Under the pieces are notes generated by a model. It was not told the origin of the DNA, did no database searches, and was given only the letters and a program-made list of their open reading frames with translations. Shown here in pieces: positions 47,527 to 57,327 of a stretch of 64,000 bases of DNA; position 1 is the stretch's first letter; each line of letters opens with the position of its first letter. A program made the position numbers and the translations under genes. The stretch spans positions 6,919-70,918 of IMG/VR virus record IMGVR_UViG_3300002026_000146; one strand, 5' to 3'. This DNA is from a virus (taxonomy: Duplodnaviria; Caudoviricetes).

Positions 47527-48650
47527 CCGTCGCAACACTACCCAAGTCCACAGCCATTGATCAGGCTGTGAAAGACATGCTGACCAAGGCACGTACAGCG
47601 CTGATCATCGACCAGCCGTTCTACGGCATGCTTGCGCTGATCCTCAAGATGGTGGAAGACGCCAGCGTCAAGACCGCTGCGGTCGATGGCAAGTCCATGT
47701 TCTACAACCCGGCCTTCATCAAGTCTCTGCCCGTTCCACAGGTTAAGACTCTGGTGGCGCACGAAGTCATGCACTGCGTGCTGGACCATATCTTTCGCCG
47801 TGGTGACCGCAACCCACGGCGATGGAACCGGGCCGGTGACTACGCCATCAACCTGATCCTGAAAGACTCCGGTTTCGAGCCGATCCCGAGCTGGTTGTAC
47901 GACACCAAGTACAAGGACATGACCACAGACCACATCTACTCGTTGCTCCAAGAAGAGGATGAGGACGATGAGGACGGCAACGATCCGCTTGACGACTGCC
48001 GCGACGGTACCGACAAAGACAGTGATCCTATGGCTGAGGTCGAATGGAAGATCGCTGTTACTCAAGCGGCCAAGATCGCCAAGGACGAAGGCCGATTGCC
48101 CAAGTCTCTGCAGCGCTTTGTGGACGAGCTGACTCAGACTAAGGTCGATTGGAAAGCTGTGCTGCGCCGGTTCATCACCGAGACGGCCAAGGATGACTAC
48201 AGCTGGAGCCGGTTCAACCGCATGTTCCAGTCACAGAACATCTTCCTGCCCAGTCTGTACAGCGAGACCATGGGCGAGATCGTCGTGGTGATTGACACCA
48301 GCGGCAGTATCGATCAGCCCACGCTCAATGCGTTCGGGTCTGAGATCAAAGCCATCGTGGACAGCACCCGACCAGCGAAGATTCATGTGATCTATTGCGA
48401 CAGCAAGGTCAATCACGTGGATGAGTTCAGTCCGAACGACGTGCTGAAATTTGACATGCACGGCGGCGGCGGTACCGACTTCCGCCCACCGTTCGTCTAC
48501 GTGAGCGAGCACAACATCAAGCCTGCGTGCTTGGTGTACCTGACAGACCTGTATGGCCCTACCGGCAACCTGCCCGAGTATCCGGTCATGTGGGTGTGTA
48601 CGACAACTCAGGTCGCGCCTTGGGGCGAGACATTACCAATCGAGATATAG
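47523..48650 (+). CDS. Metallopeptidase-vWA protein (DUF2201-like)
   Basis: AHEVMH (HExxH), acidic linker, IDTSGSI MIDAS, GGGGTDF. Confidence 0.85.
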   Translation: MTVATLPKSTAIDQAVKDMLTKARTALIIDQPFYGMLALILKMVEDASVKTAAVDGKSMFYNPAFIKSLPVPQVKTLVAHEVMHCVLDHIFRRGDRNPRRWNRAGDYAINLILKDSGFEPIPSWLYDTKYKDMTTDHIYSLLQEEDEDDEDGNDPLDDCRDGTDKDSDPMAEVEWKIAVTQAAKIAKDEGRLPKSLQRFVDELTQTKVDWKAVLRRFITETAKDDYSWSRFNRMFQSQNIFLPSLYSETMGEIVVVIDTSGSIDQPTLNAFGSEIKAIVDSTRPAKIHVIYCDSKVNHVDEFSPNDVLKFDMHGGGGTDFRPPFVYVSEHNIKPACLVYLTDLYGPTGNLPEYPVMWVCTTTQVAPWGETLPIEI

Positions 48651-48653
48651 ACC

Positions 48654-49076
48654 ATGGGCTACAGATCACACGTCGCGTTCACCATACGCGGGAAGAAAGG
48701 CGATGTACTTCCAGTGCTTATGTCCTACCGGCTCGCAGGTGGGGAGAACGAGAAGGAAGCCCTCGATCAGTGCGGGTTCATCGACGAGGGTGAGGACATC
48801 GTCATCACGTTCGAAGATAAAAGCACGAAGTGGTATGACAGCTATAAGGACGTTCAAGCCCTCACTGCTCTCTACGACGCCTTTGATGACGAGAACGGGG
48901 GCGAAGAAAGGTTCGCTTGCTGCTTTGCCCGTATCGGTGAAGACGACGCCGACATCGAAACCAAGGCATCAGGCAATAACCCCTACGACCTCGTGCGCAC
49001 CATCAGGACTATCGAGATGGAATACGACCACGATGACTCAAACACCTTAACCAAACTAATTGGAGAAACAGCATGA
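48654..49076 (+). CDS. Acidic hypothetical protein
   Basis: MGYRSHV...KWY...FARIGED. Confidence 0.6.
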   Translation: MGYRSHVAFTIRGKKGDVLPVLMSYRLAGGENEKEALDQCGFIDEGEDIVITFEDKSTKWYDSYKDVQALTALYDAFDDENGGEERFACCFARIGEDDADIETKASGNNPYDLVRTIRTIEMEYDHDDSNTLTKLIGETA

Positions 49077-49336
49077 ATGAATTACTCTTAGCATTTGAGA
49101 ACGCCATCCGCCGCATCGTGCAGGAGGAGCTGGCGAAGAAGTCCAACGACTTCGACTTCATCAAGTACATCGACGAGAACGCCGACAAGTTCGATAAGGC
49201 AGTGATGAGCGGCTTAGAGTCGAACAGCACCTTCATCGACATAGTGCAGAGGACGGTCGACAACTGCGACATCGACGACACGGTAAAAGAAGCTGTCCGC
49301 AAGCTCACGTTCACGACTGAAGTATCTCGGTACTGA
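49073..49336 (+). CDS. Acidic hypothetical protein
   Basis: 87 aa. Confidence 0.55.
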   Translation: MNELLLAFENAIRRIVQEELAKKSNDFDFIKYIDENADKFDKAVMSGLESNSTFIDIVQRTVDNCDIDDTVKEAVRKLTFTTEVSRY

Positions 49337-49338
49337 GT

Positions 49339-49554
49339 GTGCGCAAACTCGAAATCATCCTGGGCACCGGCACGATCTACTACGTGATCGCAGACGGTGT
49401 CCGAGTTGGAGAGCTTTCGAAAGACAACGGTAAGTGGCGGTATCACTACACGTCAAGTTGGGAAAATCTCCCGCGAGCACAGGAGCAAGAATTTTGGCAA
49501 CAAGTGAACGACAAGATAAACGTGTTGAACATAACATCACGCTTGCTCAGGTAA
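49339..49554 (+). CDS. Hypothetical protein
   Basis: 71 aa. Confidence 0.45.
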   Translation: MRKLEIILGTGTIYYVIADGVRVGELSKDNGKWRYHYTSSWENLPRAQEQEFWQQVNDKINVLNITSRLLR

Positions 49555-49766
49555 GGGTCATCAAGTGGCCCAGCCGCCGGAGCTATTGGACTCTGATGGT
49601 TGGCCGGGTCACGTACGGATGCATCTCCATGGATTCAAGCGGGTTGGTCTTCTACCCAGACATCCATGTTTGCAGCCTGCTCAATCTCAAAGACGAACGA
49701 ACGATCCGTGAAGCCGCCAAGAACCACATCGAAATGCTCAAGATAACGAAGAGGTTTCTAGCATGA
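49434..49766 (+). CDS. Hypothetical protein, start uncertain
   Basis: Fills the gap and its stop overlaps the next ATG. Confidence 0.4.
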   Translation: MAVSLHVKLGKSPASTGARILATSERQDKRVEHNITLAQVRVIKWPSRRSYWTLMVGRVTYGCISMDSSGLVFYPDIHVCSLLNLKDERTIREAAKNHIEMLKITKRFLA

Positions 49767-50434
49767 CCGACATTGAAGAAGACGAAGAAGTCGAAACTGT
49801 CTACACCTTTGACGAGCTTTCCGAGCGCGCCAAAGACAAAGCCCGCGACAAGTACCGTGAGAGCGACCACCTAGACTACGAATGGTGGGACAACGTGTAC
49901 GAAGACGCGGTGCGTATGGGCAAGCTGATCGGAATCGACATCGACATCCGACGGAGCATGACCACGAAGGGCCGACAGGTTCAGGAGACTGCCATCAACT
50001 TCTCTGGCTTCTGGTGCCAAGGCGATGGAGCATGCTTCGAGGGCAGCTATAGCTTCTTGCCCGACGCCTACAAGAACATTGAGACTGAGTGCAACGACGA
50101 AAAACTCCTGCGCATCGCCAATGAACTGACAGTGCTACAGCTGACCCGCAGGCTCATGGGGTATTTGCCGTTCAGCGCGTCGATCACGACGTCGGGAAGG
50201 TACTCGCACTCGGGGACGATGGACGTCAACCTCCATGCAGACGATGACGATGGGATGAGCGACGGCAACACCTTCGGCGACGCCTTCGAAAGAGACGTCC
50301 AACAACTCATGCGTGATTTCGCTGACTGGATTTACAAAAACCTCGAAGCTGAGCACGACTACCTCACCTCGGACGAGTGTATCGACCAGTACTTAACCGA
50401 AGAAAAATTCAATGAAGACGGCGAAATCGTCTAA
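49763..50434 (+). CDS. Acidic mobile-element protein (family often labelled antitoxin of a TA stability system; function unproven)
   Basis: VYTFDELSERAKDKAR...FSGFWCQGDGACF...IYKNLEAEHDYLTSDE. Confidence 0.6.
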   Translation: MTDIEEDEEVETVYTFDELSERAKDKARDKYRESDHLDYEWWDNVYEDAVRMGKLIGIDIDIRRSMTTKGRQVQETAINFSGFWCQGDGACFEGSYSFLPDAYKNIETECNDEKLLRIANELTVLQLTRRLMGYLPFSASITTSGRYSHSGTMDVNLHADDDDGMSDGNTFGDAFERDVQQLMRDFADWIYKNLEAEHDYLTSDECIDQYLTEEKFNEDGEIV

Positions 50435-50447
50435 CATCGTAGTTCGA
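50430..50447 (+). promoter_or_regulatory. 18-bp motif copy upstream of the nuclease
   Basis: TCTAACATCGTAGTTCGA, 15/18 match. Confidence 0.5.
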
Positions 50448-50467
50448 ACTAAATTAGAAAGCACTAC

Positions 50468-51175
50468 ATGGCTGATTCATGGAGCTTCTCCAAACTTGGA
50501 GATTTTCAAAAATGTCGAAAATACTTCTGGCTCAAACATGAGCAGAAAATCCCCGAACCCGACCGGCCTCTCAAACCCGGACAGACCGAGCATGCTAATG
50601 ATCGTGGCTCACGTATCCATGATTCTTGTGAGCTGTATGTGCGCGGTGACTCTGACGATCTGGCCCCCGAAGCTGAGAAACATTTTGGACTCAAGATTGA
50701 CCTCCTCCGCCACTTGCACACCGAAGGCGTTGTTGAACTCGAAGGCAACTGGGGCATGTCCAAAGACTGGGACATCGCCGAATGGAACCAAGCCTGGCTC
50801 CGACTCAAGCTCGACGTACTGGTACACCTATCCCCTGACTCGGCCATAGTCATCGACTACAAGAGCGGCAAGAAGTGGGGCAACGAGGTCAAGCATGATC
50901 AACAGCTCCAGCTCTACGCCTTAGTCACATTCCTGCGCTACCCGGAGCTGGAGACAGTTCAGGCTGAGCTGTGGTACGTCGACCAGGGCGAGACAACATC
51001 CAAGACCTACACCCGCGAACAGAGCCTGCGCTACCGGCGCACATATGACAGGCAGGGTGCCGACATCACAGGCTGCTCAGTGTGGCCTGCCAACCCAAAC
51101 AAGTACAGCTGCCAATGGTGTCTGTATGGCCCCGAGCACTCAGGACACTGCGCCGTAGGCGTACGAAAGGCATAG
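50468..51175 (+). CDS. PD-(D/E)XK Cas4/RecB-like exonuclease
   Basis: SFSKL..FQKC; RGSRIH; LDVL...IDYKSGK; QLQLY; C-terminal CQWC...C. Confidence 0.85.
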   Translation: MADSWSFSKLGDFQKCRKYFWLKHEQKIPEPDRPLKPGQTEHANDRGSRIHDSCELYVRGDSDDLAPEAEKHFGLKIDLLRHLHTEGVVELEGNWGMSKDWDIAEWNQAWLRLKLDVLVHLSPDSAIVIDYKSGKKWGNEVKHDQQLQLYALVTFLRYPELETVQAELWYVDQGETTSKTYTREQSLRYRRTYDRQGADITGCSVWPANPNKYSCQWCLYGPEHSGHCAVGVRKA

Positions 51176-51298
51176 AACACTCAGTCTCCGAAAGGGGAGA
51201 CACGTAGCTGGCGGGACTAAGGGTGCGTCCTGACCCCAACCAGCGGAGGTAGCGGTCCTTTTATGAAACTCCTTTCGCCGCTACTTCCTTTTCCTCCG

Positions 51299-51330
51299 CC
51301 TTGCGCCGGGCAAGGAACGCACAACCCGGC
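51299..51330 (+). ncRNA. Predicted H-type pseudoknot in the helicase leader
   Basis: S1 CCTTG/CAAGG, L1 C, S2 GCCGGG/CCCGGC, L3 AACGCACAA. Confidence 0.5.
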
Positions 51331-51349
51331 AACCTAACACAGAGCACGT

Positions 51350-52756
51350 ATGACTAAGCCCTTTACGCACCAATCTCAATCTCTTAAACACAATGCGAGT
51401 ACACCCTTGGTTTTCGACTGTTCCGATCCAGGAACTGGAAAGACATTCGTCCGAATCATGGGATTCGCCAGACGACGAGCTGCAGGAAGTGGCGCGATGC
51501 TCGTGCTTGCACCTCGATCTCTCTTACGGTCTGTTTGGGCAAACGACGTTCGAAAGTTCGCCCCTCATCTCACCGTATCAGTCGCGGATGCCTCTAACCG
51601 AGCCGCCGCCTTCGAAGCCGAAGCAGACATCTACGTCACCAACGTCGACGCAGTCAAGTGGCTGGCAGAGCAAAAGCCTGCTTTCTTCAAACGGTTCGAT
51701 GAACTTGTTATCGATGAGTCCACTGCCTACAAACACCACACCAGCCAGCGGTCGAAAGCAGTCGCGAAGATATCTGGATTTTTCAGAAATCGTTGCTGCC
51801 TTACGGGCACGCCAAACAGCAACTCTATTACGGACGTATGGCACCAAGCATACATACTTGATGGCGGTGCACGATTGGGGAACTCGTTCTACCGATTTAG
51901 AGATAGTGTCTGCACTCCTACCCAAGTGGGCCGCAACGCTAACGCACTGAAGTGGACGGACAAAGAAGGCGCTGAAGAAGCTGTCTTTAGTCTGCTATCT
52001 GACATCGTCATTCGACACAAGTTCGAGGACTGCGTCGACATCCCGCCGAACCATCAGTATGTGGTCGACTACGACCTGACACCCAAGCAGATGCGCAGCT
52101 ATCTTGAGCTGGAAACCAGCCAGCTGTTGACCCTGCGCGGTAAGTCCCCGGCGATCCTGGCAATCAACGCGGCTGCCGTGGCGACAAAGCTGCTGCAGGT
52201 GGCGTCCGGTGCGGTCTATGACGGCCTCGGCGGGTATCAGGTGATCGACACCTCCCGCTACGAGATGATCATCGACCTCGTTGAGCAACGCAAGCACAGC
52301 CTGGTGATCTTCCTGTGGAAGCACCAGCGGGATGCGCTGATCAAGGAAGCACATGGGCGCGGCATCAGCTACTCCGTACTCGATGGTGAAACCAGCGACA
52401 AGGCTCGGGACGAGATCGTCAAGGGCTACCAGGCAGGCGTGTACCAAGTGATCTTCGGGCATCCCAAAACGGTGGCCCACGGCTACACCTTGACCAGAGG
52501 TACCGCAACGATCTGGGCATCGCCTACCTATGACTTGGAGTGGTTCAAGCAGGGCAGCAAGCGCATGCACCGCATCGGTCAAACACAAAAGACCGAAACG
52601 ATCATCGTCGTGGCCAAGGACACGATCGATGAGAAAGCCTACGAGCTGATGGCTGGCAAGAACGCCCGCATGAAGAACCTGCTCGATCTGTTCGGAACAG
52701 TACCCCCGGTGGCTGCACCGGCCAAGAAAGTAAAGAAAGTGAAGGAACCAGCATGA
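51350..52756 (+). CDS. SNF2-like SF2 helicase
   Basis: DPGTGKT, VIDEST, LTGTP, HGYTLT, RMHRIGQ. Confidence 0.9.
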   Translation: MTKPFTHQSQSLKHNASTPLVFDCSDPGTGKTFVRIMGFARRRAAGSGAMLVLAPRSLLRSVWANDVRKFAPHLTVSVADASNRAAAFEAEADIYVTNVDAVKWLAEQKPAFFKRFDELVIDESTAYKHHTSQRSKAVAKISGFFRNRCCLTGTPNSNSITDVWHQAYILDGGARLGNSFYRFRDSVCTPTQVGRNANALKWTDKEGAEEAVFSLLSDIVIRHKFEDCVDIPPNHQYVVDYDLTPKQMRSYLELETSQLLTLRGKSPAILAINAAAVATKLLQVASGAVYDGLGGYQVIDTSRYEMIIDLVEQRKHSLVIFLWKHQRDALIKEAHGRGISYSVLDGETSDKARDEIVKGYQAGVYQVIFGHPKTVAHGYTLTRGTATIWASPTYDLEWFKQGSKRMHRIGQTQKTETIIVVAKDTIDEKAYELMAGKNARMKNLLDLFGTVPPVAAPAKKVKKVKEPA

Positions 52757-52962
52757 CTTTAACTGACGATGAAGCAACGGCATTGGGTACCACGATCCAT
52801 AGCCTCCTAGACCAGATGTATCAGCTGTGTGACTACATAGCCAGACATGCCAATCAAGACGAACCACCACCAGAATGTTTTCTGGTTGCCTTTCAAACAT
52901 TACGAAACGCTGTTGCGCATGCGCAGACGTTTGCGGTGATAGAGAAAGTAATGAAGCATTAG
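52753..52962 (+). CDS. Hypothetical protein
   Basis: 69 aa. Confidence 0.5.
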   Translation: MTLTDDEATALGTTIHSLLDQMYQLCDYIARHANQDEPPPECFLVAFQTLRNAVAHAQTFAVIEKVMKH

Positions 52963-52970
52963 GGGCCAGC

Positions 52971-53198
52971 ATGAAACACTGCCAAGTCACTTATTTGCTG
53001 AGCCGACTCATGCGTGACCTCGGAACGCAAGAGCGCGAGGAAGAAGCACTGGCCGTTCACATAGCGCTGAACGTGTTCCAGTCTCAAGCTGCAGACGACA
53101 AGCTGCAGATGTCAGTCAAGCGCAAGCCTCTGATTGAGGGCAAGAAAAAACAAAAGCAACAAGGCGGTCTCATCGCCACTATCCACAATCATGTATGA
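52971..53198 (+). CDS. Hypothetical protein
   Basis: Start MKHCQV; stop overlaps the polymerase start. Confidence 0.45.
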   Translation: MKHCQVTYLLSRLMRDLGTQEREEEALAVHIALNVFQSQAADDKLQMSVKRKPLIEGKKKQKQQGGLIATIHNHV

Positions 53199-55276
53199 CA
53201 CCCAACTTCCCACAACACACACCCGACTGGCCGCGACTGGTCAGCCTGGACTTTGAGACGTACTGGGACGCGGACTACACGCTCGGTAAATTGTCCACGA
53301 GCGAGTACGTTCGTGATCCGCGCTTTAAGGCGCAAATGATGGGCGTCAAGGTAGGCAATGGAAAAACGAAAATCGTACTGGCCAAAAACATCAAACTCGA
53401 ACTGGCAAAAATTAACTGGGCCACTCACAGCCTACTGTGCCACAACACTGCTTTTGATGGTCTTATCCTTTCTCATCATTACGGAGTTCGTCCTTGTTTT
53501 TATTACGATAGTCTTTCGATGGCCCGTGGCCTCCATAGCAATGACATCGGTGCTGGCCTCAATGACGTGTCCATCTATTACGGCGGAGCTGGCAAGATTG
53601 ATGGCACCCTAGACAAGACCAAGGGTGTGCTGGTCTGGAACAAAGCACTCAACGCGGAAGCCGGCATCTACTGTGCCAACGACGTCGACGAGATGCTGCG
53701 CGTGTTCAAGTGCATGCTGCCCAAGATGCCGGACGACGAGATCAGCCTGATTGATCTCACGATGATGATGTTTTGCGACCCGGTGTTGAAAGTCGACATC
53801 CCACGTGTTGAGGCTGAGCTGGCACGCGAGATCACTGAGCGCAAAGAGCTGCTGTCGAGCATCGTCGATCTGGACGAGTACGACATGCTCAAGATACTCA
53901 AAACGAAGAAGGAACGCGAGCTGCCTCCAGCTGAGCGCGATGAGCTGATGGTCAAGAAAATCATCGGCTCCAGTGAGCGCTTTGCCGACCTGATCAAAGC
54001 CGAGGGCATTGAGCCACCGAGGAAGATCAGCCCAGCATGGATGAAGCTGGATAAGACAGCGCGTGAGAGTGAGGAAGGCATGAAAAAGAAATATGCCTAT
54101 GCCTTCGCCAAGGACGATATCAAGTTCACCGACATGCCCAACATGTGCGACGAGTGGGGGTTCGATCTGAACAAACCCGACCAAGTCAAGATGATGGTAG
54201 CCCGTCAGGAACGCCTCCAGAACCTCGTGGATGCGCGCATCATGGTGAAGTCGACCTCGAACATCACCCGAGCCGAACGCTTCCTTACAGCGGGGGCTAA
54301 CGGGATGCCGCTTCCGATAGGGTATGCCTATTACCGGGCGCACACTGGGCGGTTTGGGGGCAACAACAAGATGAACTTCCAGAACCTCAAACGAGGTGGG
54401 GAGTTGCGCCTGTCGATCATGGCACCCAAGGGTCACAAGATCGCTGTCGTTGATAGCGGCCAGATCGAGTGCCGGGTGAATGCTTGGCTCTGGGGTCAGG
54501 ACGACTTGACCGCGTCGTTTCGTGTCGCCGACAAGTGGGACAAGAAGACAATGGGCGTGGCCACCGGTGAGAACCGGGATGCCTACTGCAAGTTCGCTGA
54601 CATCGTGTACGGCAGAGAGATCACAACGAATGATTCGCTTGAGCGATTCGTTGGCAAGGTCTGCGTGCTTGGTCTGGGCTACATGATGGGTCCTGCCAAG
54701 CTCCAACTGACGTTTGCCAAGGGAGCACTCGGCGGACCAGCGGTGTACTTCGAGCTGGACAAGTGCCAAGAGATCGTCAACGCTTATCGGCAGACGAACT
54801 ACAAGATCATTCAGGGCTGGAAGATTTGCGACCGGATCATTGCGGACATGGCAGCCGGAAACGAAGGCTCTCATGGCCCGATCCACTGGGAGGCAAACAC
54901 AATCTGGTTGCCCAACGGCATGGCCTTGAAGTATCCAGACTTGCAGAAAGCTATCGGTGAGAAAGGCTGGCCCGAGTGGTCATACGCATCGACGCTCAAA
55001 GGTGTGCCGATCCGCAAGAAGATTTATTCGGGCCTGCTCAACGAGAACATCGTGCAGGCACTGGCCCGGATCATCGTCATGTGGCAGATGTTGCAGGCGA
55101 GCAAGAAGTACCGGGTGGTGATGACCACACACGACGAATTCGCATGTATCGCCAAGAATGCACAGGCTGACAAGTGCTTCGCGGTCATGACTCAGTGGAT
55201 GAAGACAGCGCCTGATTGGTGCTACGACATCCCGCTGAACTCTGAGGGGAAGGTCGATGTCAACTACAGTAAATAA
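53195..55276 (+). CDS. polA: DNA polymerase family A with a 3'-5' exonuclease domain
   Basis: LDFET, HNTAFD, YCANDV; HTGRFGG..NFQNL; DSGQIECR; RFVGKVCVLGLGY; THDEF. Confidence 0.92.
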   Translation: MTPNFPQHTPDWPRLVSLDFETYWDADYTLGKLSTSEYVRDPRFKAQMMGVKVGNGKTKIVLAKNIKLELAKINWATHSLLCHNTAFDGLILSHHYGVRPCFYYDSLSMARGLHSNDIGAGLNDVSIYYGGAGKIDGTLDKTKGVLVWNKALNAEAGIYCANDVDEMLRVFKCMLPKMPDDEISLIDLTMMMFCDPVLKVDIPRVEAELAREITERKELLSSIVDLDEYDMLKILKTKKERELPPAERDELMVKKIIGSSERFADLIKAEGIEPPRKISPAWMKLDKTARESEEGMKKKYAYAFAKDDIKFTDMPNMCDEWGFDLNKPDQVKMMVARQERLQNLVDARIMVKSTSNITRAERFLTAGANGMPLPIGYAYYRAHTGRFGGNNKMNFQNLKRGGELRLSIMAPKGHKIAVVDSGQIECRVNAWLWGQDDLTASFRVADKWDKKTMGVATGENRDAYCKFADIVYGREITTNDSLERFVGKVCVLGLGYMMGPAKLQLTFAKGALGGPAVYFELDKCQEIVNAYRQTNYKIIQGWKICDRIIADMAAGNEGSHGPIHWEANTIWLPNGMALKYPDLQKAIGEKGWPEWSYASTLKGVPIRKKIYSGLLNENIVQALARIIVMWQMLQASKKYRVVMTTHDEFACIAKNAQADKCFAVMTQWMKTAPDWCYDIPLNSEGKVDVNYSK

Positions 55277-55289
55277 GACATGGATCACC

Positions 55290-55529
55290 ATGAAGTACCC
55301 CGCTGAGTCGTTCATCCTAATTGACGAGTACGTATCCCGCCCCGACATGAACAAGTTCCACTTGGTACGTCGTGGGAAGAAGCACTTCATCGTTAAGCGA
55401 CTCACTGGTGCGGTACTGGCAACCTACAAGTGCGGCTATCCAGAAGCACAGCGACAGTTTGCGACATTCTTAGTTACCCAACGATTACTGAACAATCATG
55501 CCCTTCACACTAACGAACACTGGGGTTGA
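55290..55529 (+). CDS. Hypothetical protein
   Basis: Start MKYPAE. Confidence 0.5.
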   Translation: MKYPAESFILIDEYVSRPDMNKFHLVRRGKKHFIVKRLTGAVLATYKCGYPEAQRQFATFLVTQRLLNNHALHTNEHWG

Positions 55530-55710
55530 CCTCCTGCGAGGTAACGACAACCCGCCCATCATCGACTTTGAAATAAGGCGCGATGGTGGGCGGTGGGTGT
55601 TCTATCACCCAGCGAAGAAAAACGCAGTTGCCGTCTTTACCGGCGGCACCAGCGTGGAAGCCGTTCAGGCTTTGAAGATGTATCTGATTACGCGCCGACT
55701 GACGGCGTAG
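55498..55710 (+). CDS. Hypothetical protein
   Basis: 70 aa. Confidence 0.5.
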   Translation: MPFTLTNTGVDLLRGNDNPPIIDFEIRRDGGRWVFYHPAKKNAVAVFTGGTSVEAVQALKMYLITRRLTA

Positions 55711-55946
55711 GACTCCTCCTGCTGGGCTGGCAACGTACTGCCGTAAACACAGGATTCTGCACCCGAGTCAGCTAGGGTGCGGCGTGAGAACTATCACGTG
55801 ATGACGGGCGAGCACAGCCAAATTGTGTAGTTCGAGTGCCGACTGACTGGCGTAAGCAGTCACCCCTGAGTGTGTTGAAAATAAACACACTTCGTATCTG
55901 ATATCTAACACAGATCGTAGTTAGAATTCACACAACAAAGGACCTT

Positions 55947-56396
55947 ATGACCGCAGTAACCGAGAAGACCTCTCGCGCAAAACCCGCAAAGAACACCGTC
56001 TCCATCGCTCCCCTTACCTTGGGCGCAGCAGCCGACAAAATCTATGACCTCCGTGAAGACAAGCGCGAGCTGGACAAACAGGTCAAGGCAGTTGAGAAAG
56101 ATATCGCTGATCTGACGGTCACGATCTTCGAACTCCTCGACGCACAAGACACCCGTAAAGCAGAGGGCAAGCGCGCCAGCATCTCCGTGAACTACGCCAT
56201 CAACCCGAGCACCACCGACTGGGATGAGACCGCCAAGTTCATCATCAATGGCAAGCGCGGCGACAAGTTCGCTTACCAGCATCTGCTTTACAAAAGAATT
56301 GCCGCTCCAGGTTACCGCGAGTTGCGCGGACTTGGTGTTGTGATCCCCGGCCAGGAAGATTTCACAAATCGCACCCTGAGTATTACTTCGCTTTAA
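55947..56396 (+). CDS. Phage replication-region hypothetical protein
   Basis: AAGGA RBS; 149 aa with a coiled coil. Confidence 0.7.
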   Translation: MTAVTEKTSRAKPAKNTVSIAPLTLGAAADKIYDLREDKRELDKQVKAVEKDIADLTVTIFELLDAQDTRKAEGKRASISVNYAINPSTTDWDETAKFIINGKRGDKFAYQHLLYKRIAAPGYRELRGLGVVIPGQEDFTNRTLSITSL

Positions 56397-56398
56397 CG

Positions 56399-56416
56399 TC
56401 TAACATCTAAGAAAGA
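56399..56416 (+). promoter_or_regulatory. 18-bp motif copy upstream of the SSB-like gene
   Basis: TCTAACATCTAAGAAAGA, 5 nt before ATG 56422. Confidence 0.65.
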
Positions 56417-56421
56417 TCAAC

Positions 56422-57225
56422 ATGGCTACTAAGAAAACAGCTACCTCTACCGCCGTCGCTACCGTGACCAAGGCGAACACCAACTTGGTGTCTATCCGTG
56501 ACCAGTTGAAGGCCCAAGTCGCTGCGCAAGCAGGCAAGACCGAGGGCAGCGCCAAGAAGGTCAAGATCGATGCAAGCACATTCACGTTGCCCAACGGCAG
56601 CATGTTTCAGGCCCCCATGAAGGCCGTCGTGTTGGACTTCAACACCCACCACAGCCTGTACGAGAAGGCGTTCAAGAAGGGCGAGATCAGCCCCATCATC
56701 TGCGCTGCATTGGGTGACAACCCCAAGGCGATGGTGCCCTATGCATCCATCGCTGACCCACAGTGCGGTGACTGCAACGGCTGCTGGGCCAATGAGTTCA
56801 AGTCGGCCAACGGTGGCAACGGCAACGGGAAGGCTTGCAAGCAAGTCCGTACCTTGGCGATCATGACTGAGGACGCCACAGGGTTCATCGACCCCAAAGG
56901 TCCGATCTTCCTGATGCAGACGAACGTGACAGCGAACAAGGTGTTCGATGCGTTCGTGAAGTCGGTCGGTTCGGTGTTCCAGCTGCCCCCAGTTGGTGTG
57001 ACGGTCTCCTTGGGGATCGACAACTCTAACCCGACATGGAACTTCGTCACCTATGACAACCCACAACCGATGGACGATGCAACCATCGGCGCGTTCATGG
57101 CTCGTCAGGCCGAAGCGCGTGGGATGTTGGAGGAGGAAGTCACCGTGTCGGTACCGACACCCGAACCTGTCAAGCCAGCTGCACCTGTGCGTGGCAAGGT
57201 TTCGGTGGCAGCCGCTCGCCGATAA
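56422..57225 (+). CDS. Putative ssDNA-binding/annealing protein
   Basis: C-x2-C-x2-C..N...GKACK motif; position in the replication module. Confidence 0.55.
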   Translation: MATKKTATSTAVATVTKANTNLVSIRDQLKAQVAAQAGKTEGSAKKVKIDASTFTLPNGSMFQAPMKAVVLDFNTHHSLYEKAFKKGEISPIICAALGDNPKAMVPYASIADPQCGDCNGCWANEFKSANGGNGNGKACKQVRTLAIMTEDATGFIDPKGPIFLMQTNVTANKVFDAFVKSVGSVFQLPPVGVTVSLGIDNSNPTWNFVTYDNPQPMDDATIGAFMARQAEARGMLEEEVTVSVPTPEPVKPAAPVRGKVSVAAARR

Positions 57226-57327
57226 GTCAATCCCCCGTTTGAGGGATATCCCGTACAGACATGATGCAAGTCAAGTAAAGCACCAAGTCTGTACGTCACC
57301 CCACAAACTTCACCTATAACAAATCTA

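Noticed and set aside
49763-50434. A toxin-antitoxin module
   Set aside because: The family label is unreliable, and no adjacent toxin was recognisable.
50468-51175. CRISPR-associated Cas4
   Set aside because: Stand-alone Cas4-like nucleases are routine in phage recombination modules, and there is no CRISPR context.
51207-51244. A second pseudoknot in the nuclease-helicase intergenic region
   Set aside because: The GGGAC/GTCCT and GGGT/ACCC pairings would leave a 1-2 nt loop 3, which is sterically implausible; only an outer GCTGG/CCAGC stem is supportable.
53195-55276. A Z-genome (DpoZ/PurZ) or other base-modification system
   Set aside because: No PurZ, DatZ, methyltransferase or queuosine-pathway genes were recognised in the window.
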